Assembly (NCBI RefSeq): GCF_963921235.1
Contig: NC_086107.1
Span: forward strand, 96,846,001 to 96,910,000
Length of the DNA stretch: 64,000 nucleotides
Origin: Mobula hypostoma
Lineage: Eukaryota
Direction: 5' to 3'
The notes below the pieces were generated by a model. That model was not told the origin of the DNA, did no database searches, and was given only the letters and a program-made list of their open reading frames with translations. Positions 13,515-24,665 of this stretch are shown piece by piece. Both the position numbers and the translations under genes were made by a program. Each line of letters opens with the position of its first letter. Positions within the stretch are counted from its first letter, which is position 1.

Positions 13515-13672
13515 CAGACCACCATATACAGCGACCATCATTGTAGCGGCCATCGTCGGAGTGGACTGAGTTAGAGTGGGACGGCTTTGGCTCAACAGGC
13601 TTCGTCGAGAACAGGCAGAGGTCAGGGTAGGTTCCGGTAAGTTTTTTGTTCAGATTGTTTAGAGTTGAGAGA

Positions 13673-14595
13673 ATGCCAGGCAGGATGTTGGAATGCTCCT
13701 TTTGCAGGATATGGGAAGTCAGGGAGCCCTCCGGTGTCCCTGACAACGACTCCTGCAGGAAGTACATCCAGCTGCAGCTCCTAACAAACCGCGTTAGGGA
13801 ACCGGAGCAGGAGCTGGATGACCTGCAGATCATTCGGGAGAATGAAGAGATTATAGATAGTAGCTACAGGGAGACAGTTACGCTAAAGGAGCAGAGGACA
13901 GGAAATTGGGTCACTGTCAGGCGAGGGAAGAGGAAAGGGCAGGCAGAGCAGGGTTCCCCTGTGGCCATTCCCCTCAACAACAAGTATACCGCATTGGATA
14001 CTGTTGCGGGGGATGACTTACCTGGGACAAGCTGCAGTAGCCGGATCTCTGGTACTGAGTCTGGCTCTGCAGTGCAGAAGGGAGGGTGGAAAAAGAGGAG
14101 AGCGGTAGTGATAGGGGACTTGATAGTTAGAGGTTCTGTGGTCGTGACAGAGAATCCAGGATGGTTTGTTGCCTCCCGGGTGCCAGGGTCAAGGATGTCT
14201 CTGAGCGCTTGCATGACATTCTGAAGTGGGAGGGTGATCAGCCAGATGTCGTGGTGCACATCGGTACCAATGACATAGCAAGGAAGAGTGAGGAGGTCCT
14301 GGAGAATGAGTATAGAGAGCTTGGTAGGAAGTTGAAAAGCAGGACCTCGGGGGTGGTAATCTCAGGATTGCTACCTGTGCTACGTGCCAGTGAGGGTAAG
14401 AATAGGATGCTCTGGAGGATGAACAAGTGGCTGAGGAACTGGTGTAGGGGGCAGGGTTTCAGATTTCAGGATCATTGGGACCTCTTCTGGGGCAGGTGGG
14501 ACCTGTACAAGAGAGATGGGTTACACTTGAACTACAGGGGGACCAATATCCTTTCAGGGAGGTTTGTTAGTGCTATTGGGGAGGCTTTAAACTAG
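13673..14595 (+). pseudogene. CR1 ORF1 (zinc finger/leucine zipper plus SGNH esterase-like domain), frameshifted near 14130
   Basis: MPGRMLECSFCRIWEV...; VVIGDLIVRG (GDS motif mutated); HIGTND and DGLHLN blocks in the second frame. Confidence 0.85.
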
Positions 14596-17524
14596 ATTTG
14601 CAGGGGGATGGGAACCAGAGTGCCAGAGCTGACAGTGTGGCTGGGGTGAAAATAAATGATGTTAAAAGTTCAAGCAAATCCGCTAATAGAAAGGTTGTGA
14701 GTGGTGGTAAAAATCTTCTGAGGTGTATATATTTCAATGCGAGGAGTATTGCGGGGAAGGCGGATGAGTTGAGGGTGTGGATTGACATGTGGAATTATGA
14801 CGTTATAGCAATTAGTGAAACTTGGCTACAGAAGGGGCAGGACTGGCAGCTTAATATTCCAGGGTTCCGATGTTTCAGATGTGATAGAGGCAGAGGAATG
14901 AAAGGTGGGGGGGGGGGAGCATTGCTTGTTAGGGAAAATATTACAGCAGTGCTCAGGCAGGACAGATTAGAGGGCTTGTCTACTGAGTCCTTATGGCTGG
15001 AGCTGAGAAACAGGAAAGGTATGGCCACATTAGTGGGGTTGTATTACAGACCACCCAATAGTCAACGAGAATTGGAAGAGCAAATCTGCAGAGAGATAGC
15101 AGGCAACTGCAGGAAACATGAAGTTGTGGCGGTAGGGGATTTTAATTTTCCATATATTGATTGGGACTCCCATACTGTTAGGGGTCTAGATGGTTTAGAG
15201 TTTGTAAAATGTGTTCAGGGAAGTTTTCTAAATCAATATATAGAGGGACCAACTAGAGGGGATGCAATATTAGATCTCCTATTAGGAAACGAGTCAGGAC
15301 AAGTGATGGAAGTCTGTGTAGGGGAGCACTTTGGTTCCAGTGATCATAACACCATTAGTTTCAACTTGATCATGGACAAGGATAGATCTGGTCCTAGGGT
15401 TGAGGTTCTGAACTGGAAGAAGGCCAAATTTGAAGAAATGAGAAAGGATCTAAAAAGCGTGGATTGGGACAGGTTGTTCTCTGGCAAAGATGTGATTGGT
15501 AGGTGGGAAGCCTTCAAAGGAGACATTTTGAGAGTGCCGAGTTTGTATGTTCCTGTCAGGATTAAAGGCAAAGTGAATAGGAATAAGGAACCTTGGTTCT
15601 CAAGGGAGATTGCAACTCTGATAAAGAAGAAGAGAGAGTTGTATGACATGTATAGGAAACAGGGAGTAAATAAGGTGCTTGAGGAGTATAAGAAGTGCAA
15701 GAAAATACTTAAGAAAGAAATCAGGAGGGCTAAAAGAAGACATGAGGTTGCCTTGGCAGTCAAAGTGAAGGATAATCCAAAGAGCTTTTACAGGTATATT
15801 AAGAGCAAAAGGATTGTAAGGGATAAACTTGGTCCTCTTGAAGATCAGAGTGGTCGGCTATGTGTGGAACCAAAGGAAATGGGGGAGATCTTAAATAGGT
15901 TTTTTGCGTCTGTATTTACTAAGGAAACTGGCATGAAATCTATGGAATTAAGGGAAACAAGTAGTGAGATCATGGAAACTGTACAGATTGAAAAGGAGGA
16001 GGTGCTTGCTGTCTTGAGGAAAATTAAAGTGGATAAATCCCCGGGACCTGACAGGGTGTTCCCTCGGACCTTGAAGGAGACTAGTGTTGAAATTGCAGGG
16101 GCCCTGGCAGAAATATTTAAAATGTCGCTGTCTACAGGTGAGGTGCTGGAGGATTGGAGAGTGGCTCATGTTGTACCGTTGTTTAAAAAAGGATCGAAAA
16201 GTAATCCGGGAAATTATAGGCCGATAAGTTTAACATCGGTGGTGGGTAAGTTATTGGAGGGAGTACTAAGAGACAGAATCTACAAGCGTTTGGATAGACT
16301 GGGACTTATTAGGGAGAGTCAACATGGCTTTGTGCATGGTAGGTCATGTTTGACCAATCTACTGGAGTTTTTCGAGGAGGTTACCAGGAAAGTGGATGAA
16401 GGGAAGGCAGTGGATGTTGTCTACATGGACTTCAGTAAGGCCTTTGACAAGGTCCCGCATGGGAGGTTAGTTAGGAAAGTTCAGTCGCTAGGTATACATG
16501 GAGAGGTGGTAAATTGGATTAGACATTGGCTCAATGGAAGAAGCCAAAGAGTGGTAGTAGAGAATTGCTTCTCAGAGTGGAGGCCTGTGACTAGTGGTGT
16601 GCCACAGGGATCAGTGCTGGGTCCATTGTTACTTGTCATCTATATCAATGATCTGGATGATAATGTGGTAAATTGGATCAGCAAGTTTGCTGATGATACA
16701 AAGATTGGAGGTGTAGTAGACAGTGAGGAAGGTTTTCAGAGCCTCCAGAGGGACTTGGACCAGCTGGAAAAATGGGCTGAAAAATGGCAGATGGAATTTA
16801 ATACAGACGAGTGTGAGGTATTGCACGTTGGAAGGATAAACCAAGGTAGAACATACAGAGTTAATGGTAAGGCACTGAGGAGTGCAGTGGAACAGAGGGA
16901 TCTGGGAATACAGATACAAAATTCCCTAAAAGTGGCGTCACAGGTAGATAGGGTCATAAAGAGAGCTTTTGGTACATTGGCCTTTATTAACCAAAGTATT
17001 GAGTATAAGAGCTGGAATGTTATGATGAGGTTGTAAAAGGCATTGGTGAGGCCGAATCTGGAGTGTTGTATTCAGTTTTGGTCACCAAATTACAGGAAGG
17101 ATATAAATAAGGTTGAAAGAGTGCAGAGAAGGTTTACAAGGATGTTGCCGGGACTTGAGAAACTCAGTTACAGAGAAAGGTTGAATAGGTTAGGACTTTA
17201 TTCCCTGGAGCGTAGAAGAATGAGGGGAGATTTGATACAGGTATTTAAAATATGATGGGTATAGATAGAGTGAATGCAAGCAGGCTTTTTCCACTGAGGC
17301 AAGGGGAGAAAAAAACCAGAGGACATGGGTTAAGGGTGAGGGGGGAAAAGTTTAAAGGGAACATTGGGGGGACTTCTTCACACAGAGAGTGGTGGGAGTA
17401 TGGAATGAGCTGCCAGACGAGGTGGTAAATGCGGTTTTTTTTAACATTTAAGAATAAATTGGACAGATACATGGATAGGAGGTGTATGGAGGGATATGGT
17501 CCGTGTGCAGGTCAGTGGGACTAG
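14586..17524 (+). pseudogene. CR1 ORF2 (endonuclease-reverse transcriptase), open for 812 codons, then a premature stop at 17034-17036 and a frameshift near 17250
   Basis: Motifs YFNARS, ISETWL, GDFN, SDH, NYRPISLTS, DFSKAFDKV, FADD. Confidence 0.92.
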
Positions 17525-18918
17525 GCAGAAAATGGTTCGGCACAGCCAAGAAGGGCCAAAAGGCCTGTTTCTGTGCTGTAGTTTTTCTATGGTTTCTATG
17601 GTTTCTAAGTGAGAACCAATCTTCAGTCTTAATGTAAATTGCAAGCAATAATCAGTCTTGAGTTTAAAAAAGTCAGCATTGTAAACAAACTGCACTGTCT
17701 GTAGAGCACAGGAAACTGGTCCACAGCAGGTGACTGGCTACTCAAGAATTATGATTTACAAAGTGAAGTGACCATGAGACATTCTGGTCTGCACCGGCTA
17801 AATCTGAGCCAATGGGGTTATGTTAAGTGGTCTACATCAAAGGAGACAACTACAGCTAAGTTTTCTTTTGCATCATTGTGATAGGATGAGGAAGGTTCCA
17901 GATGGGATTATGTTGTCACTTAGCACATCAAGCATGGTCGCAGTATGATCAATATATAGTTAGGATATTTGTGTACTCAGAGAGTCGGCCCTCGCTGCAC
18001 TAATTGCGGGTGCCTGGGATCTCTGTCCCCAGAAGCTTTTAGACTATCTATGTGAATTACTTTGTCCCAGCAAAGGTATCTGAGAACCATCACATGTAAA
18101 AACTGTCAACTAGTAGCAAAACAGTATAAATATTGGAAAGTATTGGGGATTGTTAGGAATGACCGAAAGACAAGGTGACAGAAAGAAGAACTGGAATTCA
18201 CTCCTCAACCTTTGGTTTCTGTGTTGGTATGTTCTTTTAGTTTGTAACAATTGGACCTGTGCTTGGAAATCCTTTGTCGTTCATAAATCGTTTGGAATTC
18301 AGAAATTTTTGTTTGAATCAGAAATCCTTTGCAAGTTTTAAATGTGTGTAAATAACTATTTGTCTAAATTTAAACGGGTATCAGTAAAAATGCAATAAAC
18401 TGTGTTTAAACGCCTTTGTTAGCCGGAGGTAACTCTTTGGTAGGGAGGGGGACCTACCAAACAACCATTGGGTATTGGAAACTAGACCTCACCACAGAGA
18501 CTAGACAGGGAAGTCGGCTAGTCCTTGGAGAGTAGGTGGATACAGTATAACCTCCCCTATAGTGAGGGTTTCCATAGATGTCTGTATCAGAGGCTTAAGA
18601 TCTCTTATTGAGTTTGGGGCTTTGCAGACGGTGGACCCAATACGATCACATTTTTGGCACTATTTCTACATGTATAATTATGCTACATTGCTGTAATGGC
18701 ACCATTAGTTATTAAGGCAATCATACCATTCACCTGCATTTCAACTTTAGATTCCAAATGAAAAATGAATTGTAACCCCCATGTGATGACAAGAAGGACA
18801 ATTTAAAGGATTTGGTTGTGATTAACAGGTGTAGGGGTTGCTTTACCCATGAAGTGCACTGCCAGTTGAGAACACGGTGATTATCTGTTGGGCAGACGTG
18901 GCGGTCTCACTGGGAGGC

Positions 18919-19125
18919 TCAGACTTCAGGCGGCCTGAAGCCCAAGTTGTCTCGGATCATCAAGGTCTTCCGAACTTCCCTCTCCGTGATGGGCCGCTGG
19001 GTCCGCCACTTGTGGGCTTCCTGGAGGCCCGGCTCGAAGTAGTAGATGCAGGCGCCAAACCCCACCAGGATCAGGATGGAAATCATCAAGTAGACAGGAA
19101 CGAACCAGTCCAGGAAGTGAGGCAT
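18919..19125 (-). CDS. SMIM45: Small integral membrane protein 45 (68-aa microprotein), single coding exon
   Basis: Translates to MPHFLDWFVPVYLMISILILVGFGACIYYFEPGLQEAHKWRTQRPITEREVRKTLMIRDNLGFRPPEV*, which I recognise as very close to the human 68-aa SMIM45, with one hydrophobic segment. A splice acceptor ctcttcctttcag|AC ATG lies 2 nt before the ATG. It is divergent from CENPM, as in human. Confidence 0.95.
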   Translation of the reverse strand: MPHFLDWFVPVYLMISILILVGFGACIYYFEPGLQEAHKWRTQRPITEREVRKTLMIRDNLGFRPPEV

Positions 19126-19199
19126 GTCTGAAAGGAAGAGGACAGAAGACATCTCTGTTTGTTGTATAATGGAACAGAGAGCACGGGACAGTACAGGAA

Positions 19200-20208
19200 G
19201 AGTCATAGTCATACTTTATTGATCCCGGGGGAAATTGGTGTTCGTTACAGTTACACCATAAATAATAAATAGTAATAAACCATAAATAGTTGAATAGTAA
19301 TATGTAAATTATGCCAGGAAATAAGTCCAGGACCAGCCTATTGGCTCAGGGTGTCTGACCCTCCAAGGGAGGAGTTGTAAAGTTTGATGGCCACAGGCAG
19401 GAATGACTTCCTATGACGCTCTGTGTTGCATCTCAGTGGAATGAGTCTCTGGCTGAATGTACTCCTGTGCCCAACCAGTACATTATGTAGTGGATGGGAG
19501 ACATTGTCCAAGATGGCATGCAACTTGGACAGCACCCTCTTTTCAGACACCACCATCAGAGAGTCCAGTTCCATCCCCACAACATCACTGGCCTTGCGAA
19601 TGAGTTTGTTGATTCTGTTGGTGTCTGCTACCCTCAGCCTGCTGTCCCAGCACACAACAGCAAATATGATCGCACTGGCCACCACAGACTCGTAGAACAT
19701 CCTCAGCACCGTCCAGCAGATGTTAAAGGACCTCAGTCTCCTCAGGAAATAGAGACTCCTCTGACCCTTCCTGTAGACAGCCTCAGTGTTCTTTGACCAG
19801 TCCAGTTTATTGTCAATTCGTATCCCCAGGTATTTGTAATCCTCCACCATGTCCACACTGACCCCCTGAATGGAAACAGGGGTCACGGGTACCTTAACTC
19901 TCCTCAGGTCTACCACCAGCTCCTTAGTCTTTTTCACATTAAGCTGCAGATAATTCTGCTCACACCATGTGACAAAGTTTCCCACCATAGCCCTGTACTC
20001 AGCCTCATCTCCCTTGCTGATGCATCCAACTATGGCAGAGTCATCAGAAAACTTCTGAAGATGACAAGACTCTGTGCAGTAGCTGAAGTCCGAGGTGTAA
20101 ATGGTGAAGAGAAAGGGAGACAAGACAGTCCCCTGTGGAGCCCCAGTGCTGCTGATCACTCTGTCGGACACACAGTGTTGCAAGCACACGTACTGTGGTC
20201 TGCCAGTA
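19200..20208 (-). mobile_element. Young Rex1/Babar LINE 3' fragment in the SMIM45 intron
   Basis: Open RT segment GAPQGTVLSPFLF...KFSDDSAIVG...SFLPVAIKLYN; 3' end AATAAAG(TATGAC)n. Confidence 0.9.
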
Positions 20209-20339
20209 CTTAAGAGGCCCTTAAGTCCACAATATCTATACTGACCATGATGCCAAATTAAATCAATCTCTTGTGCTTGCACAAAACCTACAGTATAACC
20301 CTGTATTCTGGGTGCTATGGTAGCGTAGTGGTTATTGTG

Positions 20340-20590
20340 AGGCAATTTTAGCCAGAGGGTGGTGAATCTATGGAATTTGTTGCCACGGGCGGCAGTGGAG
20401 GCCAAGTCATTGGGTGTATTTAAGGCAGAGATTGATGGGTATCTGAGTAGCCAGGGCATCAAAGGTTATGGTGAGAAGGTGGGGGAGTGGGACTAAATGG
20501 GAGGAGGATCAGCTCATGATAAAATGGCGGAGCAGACTCGATGGGCTGAATGGCCGACTTCTGCTCCTTTGTCTTATGGTCTTATGGTCT
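20340..20590 (+). mobile_element. CR1 3' end fragment
   Basis: gagggtggtgaatctatggaatt... with a (CTTATGGT)n tail. Confidence 0.8.
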
Positions 20591-20759
20591 TGTGATCTAA
20601 TTACAGCTCTGTCATCAGAGTCGGGAGTTAAATTAAATATCTTGTACATGTTTGTTCTCTTGTGCGCAGTAGGTGTCTTGTACTGTGTAAGACTGTTGGT
20701 ACTGTGTACCTCCAGAGGAACACTGTTTCATTCAGCTGTACTTAAACTTGAACGTGAAC

Positions 20760-20975
20760 TTGCGTTCCAGTGCTGTCTGTAAGGAGTTTGTATGTTCTCC
20801 CTATGACCGTGTGGGTTTCCTCCGGGTGCTCTAGTTTCAAAAGACATGGTTAGTAGGTTAAATTGTCACTGTAACTGGTCCTGCAATTAGACTAGTGTTA
20901 AGTAGGTGGGTCGCTGGGCGGCACATTGAACTGGAAGGGCCTATTCCTTGCTGTACCTCGACATTAAAAATAAAT
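20760..20975 (+). mobile_element. V-SINE body and tail
   Basis: ggagtttgtatgttctccctatgaccgtgtgggtttcctccgggtgctc. Confidence 0.75.
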
Positions 20976-22540
20976 ATTCCCTGCATATTCATGTCTCTAT
21001 TGAAAAATCTCTTGAATTCTTCCGTTTCCATCACCGCTCCTGGCAGCTGCCACTCTCTGTGTCAATAAAAACGTGTCCTGCACAAACCCTCGGTAGACTG
21101 GTAAGTGTACGTGGGTTTCTAGGTGCAAAATCCATGACCATCAACATGTAAAATGATGGACCTGGGTTTGATGGGACTATGGGAAGAACATGTTAAATGG
21201 AAAATGGGCTGTTCTGTGAGCTAGCATAGAGATGATAGGTTGAATGGTCTTGTGTGAGGTGGGGGGGGGAATGGAAATATAAACGCATCAGTTAGACATT
21301 GTCCATTCCTTGCACTTCCAATTTCTACCTTGCCTGAGAGTCACCAGAAGATTCAAAAGGCAAAGCTTTGTGCAGGATTTACCCTAAATGGCCCTGTGCT
21401 CAGCCATCCTCTCCCAGAACCCGCTGAGCACAGTTCCACAGGGCAGAATCATTCATGCCCTCTTCTCATCACCGACATCAGGGAGGAGCCGGCAGAATCA
21501 TTCATGCCCTCTTCTCATCACCGACATCAGGGAAAGTACAGGAGCCAGAAGATGAACTTTATGTTATAGCCAGAGCTTCTTCCCCTTCGCCATCAGCTTT
21601 CTGAACTCGTGACCATCTCACTATTCCTCTTTTGCACTATCTATGTATTTAAATTTTTATTTTAACGTAGTATACTTAATGTCGTGTATGGTCCTGCTGC
21701 CACAAAACAACAAATTTCACGACAGGCATCAGCAATACCGAACCTGATTCTAATCTTAGACCCCGTACACGTCCCTATGGCAAAGATGCCTCATCTGCAA
21801 ACCATTAACTCTTGTTTATCTCCCCGCGGATGCTACCTGACTTGCTGGGGGGTTCTAGAATTTTCTGTCTTCATTTCAGATTTCCAGCATCCGTGGTTGT
21901 TGCGATTTTCATCACTGAGCTGGGTCAGGTGGAGGTCGGCCCACACCGATCTGAATGTGAACATCTAGCGATGCACGCGGACACAGACAGGTCGGGGGTC
22001 AGGGACTTGCTTACCAGTTAGCGGCTGCTGACGTGAATTGAGGGCAAAATTAGGCGAGGGGAAGGGTGGGGGTGGTGGGGATGGTGGGTGGGTGGGGGGA
22101 ACATCCCTCTGAACTCCAGCGTTCAAGTGAAGAACTGTCCCGCCACTCAGCCCCTCCCCTTCAGCAGTATGGCAGCAAACTGCTGGACTTGGCTTGTTAG
22201 AGTGAAGCTGATTTGGCCAGCTCTCTGCAAACATCAATCTTGTTAACATTAAAGAGTTCTGTCATTCTCCCTCTGCCGCAGTGACCCCAGGAGTAGTAGT
22301 TTCCCCAGGCCCACTGCCTCAGTTCTCGCAAGTTGTGCAACTGTTCCCTCTGTAAGAAATGACCTTTCTCAAATGTCACATGTGGGGATTGTACTGCAGT
22401 CACTCAGTTTCCTTTTAAGGGTTAGATTTGTCATCTTCCAGGAAGGTGAACTAACTAATGTTGACTATTCATCCACAGTGATTAATTCTACATAGTTGCT
22501 TCTATTCTATCAGACTCCTCCGTAATTTACTTGTCATAGC

Positions 22541-23135
22541 TAGGGGCGGAAGTGGAGACAAGCTCCCACACCCTATTAAACGCTCCCAATGGTGTGCAAT
22601 TCAGATCGCCTCTGACAACCAAGTCCAGCCCCTGGCCTTCACACGTGGCTTAGCCACTAGACCCTGAGGAACTGCTTCTGTTTACAGGAGAAGGGGCAAA
22701 GGCGGGATGCCGGCACCTTAAAGACCATAAGATATAGGAGCAGGAGTAGGCCATTCGGCCCATTGAGTCTGTTCCGTCATTTGCTTTGGTCAGCTGTGGT
22801 TGGCAGCTCATCTAGGATAAGGAGAACTCTGATCTCAAACCTCCGCTGGTTTGTGGCTACGCCCACTTGTGGAGGTGGCTTCGGGACTAAACCCCTGAGG
22901 CGGAAACATCCGGAGCTGGAGTCCCTCGGGCATTGAGTTTAACGTTGATTGGTAACTCCTGAGATGCTGCTGGTACCCAACTGTATCGGTCTCTGCCATT
23001 ACTTTGGGTTCATCAGATGTGTGTGGAGGGAGGGAGTTAGCTGCGTGGGCAATAGCTTGCTCTCCTTATTGTACTGCCCTAGCCTGTGTATCTTGACAGC
23101 TAGGCTGCAATATCCGTGGTCAACCCAGACCGACA
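22541..23135 (+). repeat. Family A repeat, copy 2, with a CR1-tail insertion at ~22722-22780
   Basis: Colinear with 295-810. Confidence 0.75.
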
Positions 23136-23549
23136 GAGGGCGAGTATGGTACATGTAGTGCAATTGTGAGGCCATAGTACTCTAGTTGAAGCCATACCAA
23201 CCTTCGCTCAGAGTCTGATTGGCTGAGATACCTGCCCAGGTCACATCAGGCCCTATTTTCCATAGAAATATCCTATCCAGATGCATCATGGCTTGGCAGC
23301 TCAACTATACGCAACTACAAGAAACTGCAGAGCATTATGAATACAGCTCAGCGCATCATGCCTCAAAGTTCAAAGTAACTTTATTATTACAGTACATAAT
23401 GTCACCTATTCAACCCTGTGATTCATTTTCTTGCGGGCATAATAGATCGATAATAAAATAATAACCATAACAGAAACAGTGAAAGACCGTGCCAACTTGG
23501 ACGTTCAACCGATATGCAAAAGACAGCAAACTGTGCAAAAAGAAATAGA

Positions 23550-24665
23550 GGAAAAAAAAAGACTTAATATGTCACCAAAGATTCTCACAAATTTCTACAG
23601 ATGTACCATGGAGGGCATTCTAACAGGTTGCATCACTGTCTGGTACGGAGGGGCCACTGCACAGGATCGGAAAAAGCTGCAGAAAGTTGTAAACTCAGCC
23701 AGGTCCATCATGGGCACTGACCTCCCCAGCATCGAGGACACCTTCAAAACGTGGTGCCTTTAAAGACAGCAGCCGTCATTAAGGAATCCCATCACCCAGG
23801 ACATGCCCTCTTCTCATTGCTACCATCAAGGAGAAGCTACAGGAGCCTGAAGACACCATGTTTTAGGCACAGCTTCTTAATCTCTGCCATCAGATTTCTG
23901 AAAGGACAATGAATCCTTGTACACTACCTCACTTTTTTTTCTTTATTTGCTCTTTTTTGCACTACTTATCTAAATTAATATATAATTAAAATTATAACTT
24001 GCAATAAGAAATTCATATTATTGTAAATTATATTTTTATTATGTAATTAGAAAGTACTGCTACTGCAAAACCAGCAATAGCAGTACGATATGGAGAGCAA
24101 GCAATTGCCCACCTTGCTTGTCACCTAAAACACTCAGATTTCTACAAACGTACTATGAAGACCATTTTGACTGGTTGCATCACCTTATGGTTTGGGGAGG
24201 CGGGGGGGGGGGCGGGGGCTGCTACTGCACAGGATCGAAGTAAGTTGCAGAAAACTGTAAAATTAGTCAGCTCCATTATGGGTACCAGCCTCAATAGTAT
24301 CCAAGACATCTTCAAGGAGAGGCGTCTTAGGAAGGTGGTGTCCATCGTTAAGGCCCCCCCCCACTACAAAGGACATGCCCTCTTCTCATTGCTACCATCA
24401 TGAAGGAGGTACAGAAGCCTGAAGGCTCACACTCAGCGATTCAGGAACAGCTTCTTCCCCTCTGCCATCAGATTTCTAAATTGGCACAGAACCCATGAAC
24501 ACGACCTCACTATGTTTTTATTTCAGCTTTTGCACTACTTATTTAACTGTTTGATATATGTATATATACTTTTTTATATATAGTTTTTTCTATAATATCA
24601 TCTATTGTGTTGTACTGCTGCCACAAATTTCAGGACACATGCTGGTGATATTAAATCTGATTCTG
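23550..24665 (+). mobile_element. Two tandem Rex1/Babar 3' fragments
   Basis: NFYRCTMEGILTGCITVWYG...QDRKKLQKVV occurs twice, each with an AT-rich tail. Confidence 0.8.

Larger units (their letters stand above)
13229..17606 (+). mobile_element. Near-full-length, recently inactivated CR1 LINE
   Basis: Tandem 5' repeats, ORF1 (zinc finger/coiled coil plus SGNH esterase), ORF2 (APE endonuclease plus RT with PQGSVLGP and KFADDTK), and a (CTATGGTTT)n tail at 17586-17606. Confidence 0.95.

Noticed and set aside
19126..19212. N-terminal extension of the 97-aa ORF
   Set aside because: It runs through a splice acceptor into intron and Rex tail; homology starts at ATG 19125.
19338..20462. 374-aa ORF as a host gene
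   Set aside because: Chimera of antisense CR1/SINE sequence and a Rex RT fragment.
22005..22200. Extra SMIM45 exon at a minus-strand GGTAAG donor
   Set aside because: No supporting acceptor or promoter motifs; such matches are common by chance.
22625..22680. HDV-like ribozyme in repeat family A
   Set aside because: Superficial ttcac loop similarity, but I could not assemble the nested double pseudoknot.
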